Source: a bacterium (GTDB lineage: Bacteria; UBA8248; JACPRG01; G963555815). Taken from it: DNA of 64,000 nt. Location of the stretch: contig CBDHDG010000007.1 of NCBI GenBank assembly GCA_965261595.1, positions 1,319,030 to 1,383,029 on the forward strand. The letters run 5' to 3'. A program made the translations under genes and the position numbers. Of this stretch, positions 38,099 through 46,466 are shown one piece after another (within the stretch, counting starts at the first letter, position 1; every line of letters begins with the position of its first letter). The notes beneath the pieces were generated by a model. The model did no database searches. It was not told the DNA's origin and saw only the letters and a list, made by a program, of their open reading frames with translations.

Positions 38099-39003
38099 GT
38101 CAGGCCCGCTTCACCTCCACGGGCAGAGCCTACGGCCTGAAGCGGGTGTGCGCCCTTTGGGGCTTGGCGCGCTCCACGGTCTACGCGCAACGGCGGCGAG
38201 AGGCGGTCCCCGTTCATGAACGCCCCACGCCCAATAAGCGCGGCCCTGTGGGCCCGTGCACCGATGCGGAACTCCTCGGCCACATCCGGCAGGTCCTGGA
38301 GGACTCTCCCTTCCATGGCGAGGGCTACCGCAAGGTGTGGGCGAGGCTGCGCTTCGCGGGCATCCGCACCAGCAAGGAGCGGGTGCGTCGCCTGATGCGG
38401 GAGGCGGGGCTTCAGGCCCCCCACCGGGTGGGCAAACCCCGAGGTCCCAAGGCCCACAACGGGACCATCCGCACCGAGCGGCCCGACCGAATGTGGGGCA
38501 CGGACATGACGACGACGGTGACCACCGAGGAGGGGATGGCCTCGGTGTTCGTGGCGGTGGATCACTGCTCGGTGGACTGCGTGGGGATCCATGCGGCCAA
38601 GAGCGGCAACCGCTTCGAGGCCCTGGAGCCGATCCGGCAGGGGGTCGCCGAGCGCTTCGCCGGCTTGGAGGCGGACGTCGCCGAGGGGCTTAAAGTTCGT
38701 CACGACCACGGCCCCGCCTATCTGTCCGATGACTTTCAGCGGGAGATCGCCTACCTGGGCATGACCAGTTCGCCCAGCTTCGTGCGGGCGCCCGAGGGAA
38801 ATGGCTACTGTGAGTGGTTCATCCGCATCTTGAAGGAGAATCTCCTGTGGGTGCGCTCTTTCGCCACCGTAGAGGAACTGCGGTGGGCGCTGCTTGAGTT
38901 CAAGAACCTGTATAACCATCATTGGATTCTCGAGGGCTACGGCTACCGAACGCCGGCCCAGGCAAGGCAGGAAAAACTCGCTCAAGTTGCGGAGGCCGCA
39001 TGA
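38086..39003 (+). CDS. IS3-family transposase OrfB
   Basis: Protein identical to copy 1. Confidence 0.9.
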   Translation: MEAMSQARFTSTGRAYGLKRVCALWGLARSTVYAQRRREAVPVHERPTPNKRGPVGPCTDAELLGHIRQVLEDSPFHGEGYRKVWARLRFAGIRTSKERVRRLMREAGLQAPHRVGKPRGPKAHNGTIRTERPDRMWGTDMTTTVTTEEGMASVFVAVDHCSVDCVGIHAAKSGNRFEALEPIRQGVAERFAGLEADVAEGLKVRHDHGPAYLSDDFQREIAYLGMTSSPSFVRAPEGNGYCEWFIRILKENLLWVRSFATVEELRWALLEFKNLYNHHWILEGYGYRTPAQARQEKLAQVAEAA

Positions 39004-40072
39004 GGTCGAATACCCTCACCCGAGTGTCCAATAACCCAGGGGCGGTCCACTCCATCGGGTGGACACTCCCTTCTCAGAGCGTAGCGCAGGTTTCGTTTGG
39101 TTCTTCTCCTTCCTCGTTAAGTTCGCTAAGGTAAAGGACGAAGATTCACCGGTTGTTCTGCTTCTGGACGAGCCGGGCCTTTCCCTCCACGGAAAAGCAC
39201 AGGCGGATCTCCTACGGTTCTTCAAAGAGAAGCTGGCTCCCCATCATCAGATTCTCTATTCGACCCATTCTCCCTTCATGGTCCCTGCCGACGACTTTGC
39301 ATCTGTTAGGATCGTCCAAGATCAGGTGGAAATGAGGGGACCACGACGATTGCCACTCGGCACCAAGGTCAGGGACGATGTCCTTGCCCTAGATCCCGAC
39401 ACCTTGTTCCCCCTACAGGGCGCACTCGGCTACGAGATCAGCCAATCACTTTTTATTGGCAAAAATACACTGCTGGTCGAAGGGCCTGGTGACATCCTCT
39501 ATATTCAGGCGCTGTCGGATGTGTTGCACAGCCACAGCCGGACTGGGCTTGACCCACGCTGGACCATGTGCCCCGCTGGCGGCATCGACAAAATCCAGCC
39601 GTTCGTCGCGCTGTTCTCCGGCAACGCCCTGCACGTTGCCGTACTCTCCGATCAAGCTAGAGGAGATAAAACGAAGATCGAGAAAATGAAGAAGTCTGAA
39701 ATTCTTGGTGTCGGACACTTCTACACGATTGCCGACCTTCTTGATCGTGCAGAAGCCGACATTGAGGACATGTTCGATCCCGAAGTGTTCGTTGCCATCC
39801 TGAATGACTGCTACGAACTCAAGGACCCTAATAAACTCACGGTCGAGAAGCTGAAGGCCGCCGACGCGTCCACTGAGCGCCTCGTGAAGCAGGCCGAAGC
39901 AGCGTTTCGCGTCATGCCTGAGACAATCCCCATATTTGACCACTTTAGGCCCGCCGCTTGGCTAATACGCAATCCTATGTTGCTAGAAAAGAAATCTGCG
40001 CCAATAGGGCGGACGCTCGATCGCGCTGAAAAGATATTTGAAACCTACAACGCTCTACTCTACGAGAAGGGT

Positions 40073-40800
40073 TGAGGTGGTCCTGGTTTGTTGGACCGGA
40101 TGGGGCAGAAATAAGGTGTATTCCGCGGTAATCGATCATGCCGCCAAGGTCCTGTTTAACACGTCTCGCTGTTCCGGTTGAGCCGGCAGAGGGGCAGGCG
40201 AGCTGCGGCGCTTGGTCTGCATCTCCGGCAGCATTCCTTTTTCGTAGGCCTCGGCTGGGGTGGAGCCCCCCAAGGCAGGGTGTGGCCTCCCCCGATCATG
40301 AAAGGCGAACTAGCGAGCAACTAGCCGCTGAGCTTGGAAGCCGTCTGAGAGCCCGTGCAGGTAAACGGACTCGTACTTGAGTGAGCGCCACAGGCGCTCG
40401 ATGAAGATGTTGTCCAGGCACCGGCCCCTGCCGTCCATGGAGATGGCGACTCCGGCGTCTTTGAGGACGGAGGGGAACTCCAGGCTGGTGAACTGGCTGC
40501 CCTGGTCGGTATTGAAGATCCCAGGCCGGCTATAGTGCTCCAGGGCTTCTGTGAGAGCCTCGACGCAGAACCGGGCATCGAGGGTATTGGACAGCCGCCA
40601 GGAGAGCACACGGCGGGTAGCCCAGTCCATTACGGCCACCAGGTACAGGAAGCCGCGCTGGACGGGGATATAGGTGATGTCCGCAGTCCAGGCCTGATTG
40701 GGCCGGTCGATGGCGAGCCCCTTGAGAAGATAGGGATACACCCGGTGCTCGGGATGCCGAGTGGTGGTCCGCGGCGCCTGATAGATGGCCTGTAGGCGTC
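40073..40800 (-). pseudogene. IS3-family transposase 3' fragment with IRR
   Basis: YPYLL, WTADITY, NTDQGSQFT, DNIFIERLWRSLKYE; end GTCCAACAAACCAGGACCACCTCA at 40073. Confidence 0.85.
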
Positions 40801-40840
40801 CTTTGGATTGATCCTGGCCTCAGCAGCGCAGACCTCGCTC

Positions 40841-43800
40841 TCAAAGGCCCAAGTCCATCTCGACTCGTTTCCCACGGTCCGGCACACCCGGCTCCCGGTT
40901 CCTCACGACCGGCTCGGTCTCTTTCCCGGCCGCCTCGCTCCTGCCCCGGTCCGTATCCCGGGTGGCTTCAGCCTCCCGATCCGCCGTCCGTCCCGCGTTC
41001 GCAGCCGCTTCCATGCCCTTTGACGGCGCGTCCCGCGCCGCCTCTCCGATCCCCTCCAGCGCCGAGACCCGCTCGCCCGTCGTGGTTTCGAGTTGCTCGC
41101 GCAGCCGCGCCGCATCGTCCGTCACCAACTCGGCCCGGTCGCGGGCGCGGCTGATCTCCACATAGAAGCTCTTCTGCGTAGTGAGGTGGGGGTGATTGGC
41201 CTCCATCGCCGCGATCACGTTGTCCACCGTCCGGCCCTGAAAGGCATGCACGGTCGAGGCCCAGGCATGGTCGAGATGGTGCAGCTGGGGATCGCCCGCC
41301 TTCATGTCGAGCACGCGCCCGTCTTCCAGACGGAAGGTCACACGGCCGTCCTTCACGCTCGCCACCTCGGCGGTGCGGCTGTTGACGAGGCCGAGGCCCT
41401 TGTCGTTGCGGGTCCAGCGGATGCGGTCTCCGGCGCGAAGCTCGATGCCCTCGGCTCGGTAGACCTCGGCGCCGCCTGTCCGCCCGGCGATCCGGCCCGG
41501 CTTCCACGGAACGGTCCCGCCGTCCCCGCCTTCGAGTATCACCGTATGGCTCTTGTGATCCACGTCAGCGACCCGGCGCTCGTCGCCCTTGTCGACCCCG
41601 AGCGTCTTGTAGGGGCGGTGGAAGGCGACGATATCGCCCTCAGCGTAGTTGGCCGCGAGCGATTTCTCGGCGTTCGTGTAGCCGTGGGAGACCAGCCGCT
41701 CGCCCGTGAAGGCGGGGCCGTGGATCCTGCCATCGCGCGCGAGGCGCTCCCGGATATGACCGTTGATCTCCCGGCGAAGCTCATGGCTCGGCGCCATGAC
41801 GCCGGTGTTCTCTCTCGCCTCGGGGGACAGCTTGAGCCAGCGCGCCGCCACCGCGCCCGCGATGTTGTCGGCCTGGACCTCGGCTACGTTGGGGCCGAGC
41901 TTCTCGAAGGCCTTGCCGATCTCGCCGGCGAGGCTCGCCTTCACGGCCGCCTTCAGTTCCGGGTCGCGCTGGCGCAGGATCTCGTCCATCACCGCGGTCT
42001 TCATGCCTGCCCGCTGCAACTGCGCAAAGGGTTTGCCGGCGTCGACAGCGTCGAGCTGCTTCTCGTCGCCGACCAGGACCACGCGGGGAAGGCGCAATAC
42101 GTTAGCGATCCTCAGGAGGTCGCGGGCCTGGACGGTGGAGGCGAGCGAGCCCTCGTCCACCACCAGCACGGTCTTCCGCCAGGCGGCGCGCATCTCCTTC
42201 TCGCCCTTCTTCGTCAAACGCCCTTCGGCGACCCCGGCGTTCCGCGCGAGGAAGCGTTGCAGGGTCTCGCTCTCGATCCCGGCTTCGGTCGCCAGCGTCT
42301 TGACCGCCGAGGCCGACGGCGCCAGTCCCATCATGCGGTAGCCGCTCTTGCCCGCGAGCGCGTTGGCGCGCCGCAGCATGGTGGTCTTGCCGGTGCCGGC
42401 ATAGCCCTGCACGCCGACGACGCGGTCCTTCGAAGACAGGATCAGCTTGACGGCCTGCTTCTGCCCCTCGGTGAGCGGTCCCTTGTGTAGCCGCGCGCTC
42501 GCTTTCCAGCTTCGCATCACCACCGGGCTTCTGTCCTGTCCGTCCTGCATCAGCCCGATCGTCTCGCGCTCGTCGACTAGGGCCTTGTCGGTGGTCATGC
42601 CGTCGCCCGCATGCAATGCCGGCGCGGCATGGAGCCGTCCCTGACCTTCGAGATCGCCCAACGCCTTCTCCGCCGCCTCGACGGACACGGCGCCGGGCCG
42701 CCAGGCCAGCGCGGCGGCGAGCAGATCGGCGCGCGAGAACACCGCCTCGCGTTCGGCGAGATGCGCCATCGCCCATTCCGAGGCCTCGGCCGCCGGCTCC
42801 TTCGTTGCCGGTTCCCGCCGCGTTGGGTCGGTTTCCGCGATGGAGGCGGGAGACCCGACGGCACCCGCCAAAGCGGGATCGACATCCCGTGCGGGAGCGT
42901 TCTCCCGGCCGGAGTCCCTGCCGGCTTCCCTCGCCGCGGCCTCGGCGGCGAGCGCCCGCGCGTCGAATCCCAGGCCGACGGCCTGCTTCTCCCAGCTTGC
43001 CTTGAGCGTCGCCTTGTCGACCTCGCGCTTGTGGGCCCGGGTCATCAGCGCCGCGCGCTCGGCGAGGCGCTGGTTCTCGGCGGTGCCGCTCATGCCCCGT
43101 TCGGCCACCGCCGCCTCGATCTCCGCCCGCCGGGTCGAGAACGCCTCGATGACCTTCCTGGGGACCCCGGCGATCTCGAAGCGCCCGTCGGCATGGCTCT
43201 TCTCGATGCCGTAACCGAGCTTGCCCAACTCCCGCGCGAGCTCGCTCCGGTAGATCATGCCAATCAGCTTCTGGCGTCGGTAGAGCGCCTCGTTGGCCAT
43301 GGTCCGCCACTTGCCGTCCCCGCCCTGGACCATGTTGGCGAGGACCGCGTGGGTGTGGAGCTGGGGATCCAGATTGCGCGAGGCGTCGTGCCGGAAGGTC
43401 GCGGCCACCGTCTTCTGGTCCCCGGCGCGGACCATCCGTCCGGTCTCCGGATCCTTCAACCGGGTCTCGGCGGCGTTGCCCTCGATCCAGGCCAGCGAGC
43501 GCTTGACCGCCCGGTCATGGGCCTCGACCACGCGCCCGTCGCCGCCGACGAGCGCGGCGAGCGAGACGGATTTGGGAGCCGAGAAGGTGAGATCCCGCCC
43601 GGGCCGGTGCTGCAGGGCCCCATCGGGTCCCCCGCGTCCGAGTTGCCGGCCGGTCCCGTCGAGTACCTTGCCCTCCAGCACCGCCTTGAAGAGGTCCGGC
43701 TCGACCGGGCCGGAGAGGCCGAGGTCCTCCGCGCCCCTGCCGGCCCAGGCGCTCGCTTCCCTGTGGGCCGGGTCGTCCCTGGCGTAGTAGCCGTCCCTCT

Positions 43801-43855
43801 CGTAATAGGAGATGCCCTGGGCAGAGGACGCGACGGCGCCGATCGAGACGACCAT
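40841..43855 (-). CDS. traI: MOBF conjugative relaxase-helicase (TrwC/TraI)
   Basis: YY..DGYY, DLTFSAPKSVS, HDASRNLDPQLHTH, GYAGTGKTT, YVEISRAR; TGATG overlap with traD. Confidence 0.95.
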   Translation of the reverse strand: MVVSIGAVASSAQGISYYERDGYYARDDPAHREASAWAGRGAEDLGLSGPVEPDLFKAVLEGKVLDGTGRQLGRGGPDGALQHRPGRDLTFSAPKSVSLAALVGGDGRVVEAHDRAVKRSLAWIEGNAAETRLKDPETGRMVRAGDQKTVAATFRHDASRNLDPQLHTHAVLANMVQGGDGKWRTMANEALYRRQKLIGMIYRSELARELGKLGYGIEKSHADGRFEIAGVPRKVIEAFSTRRAEIEAAVAERGMSGTAENQRLAERAALMTRAHKREVDKATLKASWEKQAVGLGFDARALAAEAAAREAGRDSGRENAPARDVDPALAGAVGSPASIAETDPTRREPATKEPAAEASEWAMAHLAEREAVFSRADLLAAALAWRPGAVSVEAAEKALGDLEGQGRLHAAPALHAGDGMTTDKALVDERETIGLMQDGQDRSPVVMRSWKASARLHKGPLTEGQKQAVKLILSSKDRVVGVQGYAGTGKTTMLRRANALAGKSGYRMMGLAPSASAVKTLATEAGIESETLQRFLARNAGVAEGRLTKKGEKEMRAAWRKTVLVVDEGSLASTVQARDLLRIANVLRLPRVVLVGDEKQLDAVDAGKPFAQLQRAGMKTAVMDEILRQRDPELKAAVKASLAGEIGKAFEKLGPNVAEVQADNIAGAVAARWLKLSPEARENTGVMAPSHELRREINGHIRERLARDGRIHGPAFTGERLVSHGYTNAEKSLAANYAEGDIVAFHRPYKTLGVDKGDERRVADVDHKSHTVILEGGDGGTVPWKPGRIAGRTGGAEVYRAEGIELRAGDRIRWTRNDKGLGLVNSRTAEVASVKDGRVTFRLEDGRVLDMKAGDPQLHHLDHAWASTVHAFQGRTVDNVIAAMEANHPHLTTQKSFYVEISRARDRAELVTDDAARLREQLETTTGERVSALEGIGEAARDAPSKGMEAAANAGRTADREAEATRDTDRGRSEAAGKETEPVVRNREPGVPDRGKRVEMDLGL

Positions 43856-45912
43856 CACAGCCAGTCGGGCGGACAGCGCCCGTCCGCGCCGCCGGCGCCG
43901 CTGTCCTCGGGTTCATCCGGATCGGCCGCGGGGTCTTCCCGTTGCCTGGAAAGGACGGAATCCCGGCCGCCGGAACCAACAGCCGGGAACTCGGGCATTT
44001 CCGCTCCTTCCGCTTCCACCGCGCGGCATCCGGCCGCCGAACCCGCCGCGCCCGTATCGCCATGCTCGCTTTCGTTCCCGGCATCGCCCGGGGCCGGGGC
44101 ATCGGTGTCGTGTCCGCTTCCGGAATCGGCCGCGGTCACATCGGAGACCCAACCGCCTTGCTCCGAAGGCCCTTCCTCCCTGGGCACGAAGCGCTCGGCC
44201 GCCTTGGGCCTCTTGACGTAGTCGAGTCCGATCCGGGCCACGGGCCAGGGCCCGGGGAACTTCAGATAGCCTTTCAGGTTCTCGAGCCGCATGATCTCCG
44301 ACGGCAGGGCCAGGGAGCGCATCTCCCGGCGCTGGGTCAGCGAGACCCCGTCCCGCAGCACGCTGGCCCCGTAGCTCATCCCGTGGGAGTATTCCTCGAC
44401 CTCGCCCCGCCCCAGGCTTTCGGCCGACCACCGGGCCGTCTCCTGGTCGGGCGCGGCCAGCACCACCCGGGTGCCGCACAGCCCGGAGATCGTCTCCGCC
44501 CCGTTTTTTCCGTAGAGGTCGCGCAGGGCCGAGATCACCTGGATCCCGAGCACGAAGCACCCTCCGAACTGGCGGGACTCGGCCAGCCCCGGCTGGAGGC
44601 TCGGCACCTGGTGGAGGGTGGGCAGCTCGTCCAGGACCACCCAGACCCTTCTCGCGTCGTCCTGATGGAGGGAGAGGAGCGCGTTCACCGCGATCTCCAG
44701 CCAGGTGGAGATGAGCCCTCTCAGGCTCGCGTGCTGGTCGCCCCGGGAGGTCAGGAACAGGAACCCGGTCCCGTCCTCTTGGCCCACCCAGTCCCGGATC
44801 GAGAAGGGCTCTCCCGTATCGGGCAGGAACTCGAGCGCTCCCAGGTGCGCGGTCAGCATGGCCCGGACCGAGAGGGCGGTCTTGGGGTTTTCGGGGTCCA
44901 CGATGGACTGGGCCACCGTGCCCTCCATGGCCCGGGCCAGGGCCGTCAGGTCGGTCTTGAGCAGGTGGTCGACGAGCACCCGGTTCTCGGTCACGCCCTT
45001 CTTCCAGAGCACGCCCGCGCCGTTGGAGAACAGCTGCCTGGCGGCGGTGACCCAGAAGGGATCCACCGTGTCCTTCTGCTGGGGGATGAGGGCCGCGGCC
45101 ATCATGTCGAAGTCCCGGGGCGTCCTCGCCTCGAAGAAGGGGGACCAGCGGGGCGCCCGGGCGTCCAGGGGGTTCATCAGCACGTCACAAGAGGGATCGA
45201 AGAAGGAGCGGGTATAGCTCCCCATCTTGTCGTAGAGGATGCAGCGCTCGCCCCGGGCGCGGAGCCGGGCGACGAGGTCGGAGATCAGCACGGTCTTGCC
45301 CGAGCCGGTGGTGCCGGAGACGATGGTGTGCTGGGTCTCGGCGCGCCTGGGCCAGGGGATCCCGGCGATGCGGCAGGAGGCGCGGCGCGCGGCGGGGAAC
45401 AGGGCCTCCGCCAAGCGCGCGGACACGGGCTGCACGCGCCTTCTCAGCTCCCGGGCCGTCGTCATTTCCGCGCCGCGGACCCGTTGGGCGCGGTCCAGGC
45501 GCCTTCCCAGGACCGAGAACAGGACCGTACAGAGGACCGCGCCCCCCACTCCGATCCAGAGGCCGAGCCACGCCCTGGCGTAGACGGTATGGAGCATGCG
45601 TTTCCGGATCCTTTCGATCCTGGGGTCCTGGGCGATATCCACGATTCTCAGGGCCGTTTTTTGGCCCTCTCGCCACTCGTACGCCTGGAGGGAATGACGT
45701 GGATACCCGAGCGCGAGCTTGACCTGGGCGAGGGTGCCCGTTCCGACGAGGCGCCATTCATGGGCGGCGGTCGTGCGGAACAAGGCAACGGCGGGGACCA
45801 GGACGACCGTCAGGGCGATGCCCAAAAGCCCCCAGCGGACCAGCTGGCCCCACATGTGGACGTCGTGGGCCAGGGTCTGGCCGCCCCTGAGCGTTGCGTT
45901 GCCGAACATCAT
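43855..45912 (-). CDS. traD: Type IV coupling protein TraD
   Basis: RGGQ N-terminus, two TM segments, GTTGSGKT, LDELPTL, ESRQFGG; acidic tail. Confidence 0.95.
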   Translation of the reverse strand: MMFGNATLRGGQTLAHDVHMWGQLVRWGLLGIALTVVLVPAVALFRTTAAHEWRLVGTGTLAQVKLALGYPRHSLQAYEWREGQKTALRIVDIAQDPRIERIRKRMLHTVYARAWLGLWIGVGGAVLCTVLFSVLGRRLDRAQRVRGAEMTTARELRRRVQPVSARLAEALFPAARRASCRIAGIPWPRRAETQHTIVSGTTGSGKTVLISDLVARLRARGERCILYDKMGSYTRSFFDPSCDVLMNPLDARAPRWSPFFEARTPRDFDMMAAALIPQQKDTVDPFWVTAARQLFSNGAGVLWKKGVTENRVLVDHLLKTDLTALARAMEGTVAQSIVDPENPKTALSVRAMLTAHLGALEFLPDTGEPFSIRDWVGQEDGTGFLFLTSRGDQHASLRGLISTWLEIAVNALLSLHQDDARRVWVVLDELPTLHQVPSLQPGLAESRQFGGCFVLGIQVISALRDLYGKNGAETISGLCGTRVVLAAPDQETARWSAESLGRGEVEEYSHGMSYGASVLRDGVSLTQRREMRSLALPSEIMRLENLKGYLKFPGPWPVARIGLDYVKRPKAAERFVPREEGPSEQGGWVSDVTAADSGSGHDTDAPAPGDAGNESEHGDTGAAGSAAGCRAVEAEGAEMPEFPAVGSGGRDSVLSRQREDPAADPDEPEDSGAGGADGRCPPDWL

Positions 45913-46083
45913 CGGGTTCTCCCATTCAAGGTTGTGTGGATAGCGGCGGTCTTGGCGCCGTTCCGTTGCAATGCGCCAGGCGGGAGGCCGAGGAAGGCGG
46001 GGTCAAGGGCGCGGGACGCCGGGACCGGAGAGGCCGGCGCCCGAGAGGCTTGAACTTGAACCGCAACCCCGGAGGAACGACCC

Positions 46084-46452
46084 ATGTCCAATCCATCCGA
46101 CCCATCCAACGGCTGGCGCGCCCGGGCCTTCGTCCTCGGCGGGATCGCACTCGCCCTTGCCGTCACCGTCTTTTCCGTCGTCATCGCGATCGGTGCCCGC
46201 TTCCTGGGGGCCATCTGGTTCTGGGCGGTGCTCTGGACCGTCCTTGCCGCCCTCGCGTGCGCCCTGTGGCGGGGGTTCCGCTATGGCGACTGGTCGGCCT
46301 TCGGCCGCTACGGGCTCCCGGAAGAGGGCGGCGACCGGTTCGACTGGTCGACCAAGACCGGCCGCTACGCCTGGCTCCGCGACGTCGAGGACCGGGATCT
46401 CCACGACCACGGGCGCCTTCGCGGTCACGGCCCGAGCACCCGGTCCCCGTAG
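46084..46452 (+). CDS. Small 2-TM membrane protein convergent with traG (entry-exclusion candidate)
   Basis: GGAGG RBS, two hydrophobic helices, position tail-to-tail with traG. Confidence 0.6.
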   Translation: MSNPSDPSNGWRARAFVLGGIALALAVTVFSVVIAIGARFLGAIWFWAVLWTVLAALACALWRGFRYGDWSAFGRYGLPEEGGDRFDWSTKTGRYAWLRDVEDRDLHDHGRLRGHGPSTRSP

Positions 46453-46466
46453 AAGGGACCGTCGCG

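Larger units (their letters stand above)
37646..39049 (+). mobile_element. IS3-family element, copy 2 (1404 bp, CTCC target duplication)
   Basis: Near-identical inverted copy of 35258-36661; CTCC on both sides. Confidence 0.95.
36694..40075 (+). pseudogene. OLD-family ABC-ATPase/TOPRIM nuclease interrupted by IS3 copy 2
   Basis: NFRS, GKNEAGK, RSAGFVWF, LLLDEPG..LH, STHSPF, LVEGPGD, DIED; removing the IS restores DNKL-HRVDTP and a 657-aa frame. Confidence 0.9.

Noticed and set aside
35258..39049. Composite transposon carrying the OLD N-terminus
   Set aside because: Each IS has its own distinct target duplication, so these are independent insertions
36694..40075. Gabija or retron assignment for the OLD gene
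   Set aside because: No UvrD-like GajB or reverse transcriptase is present in the window
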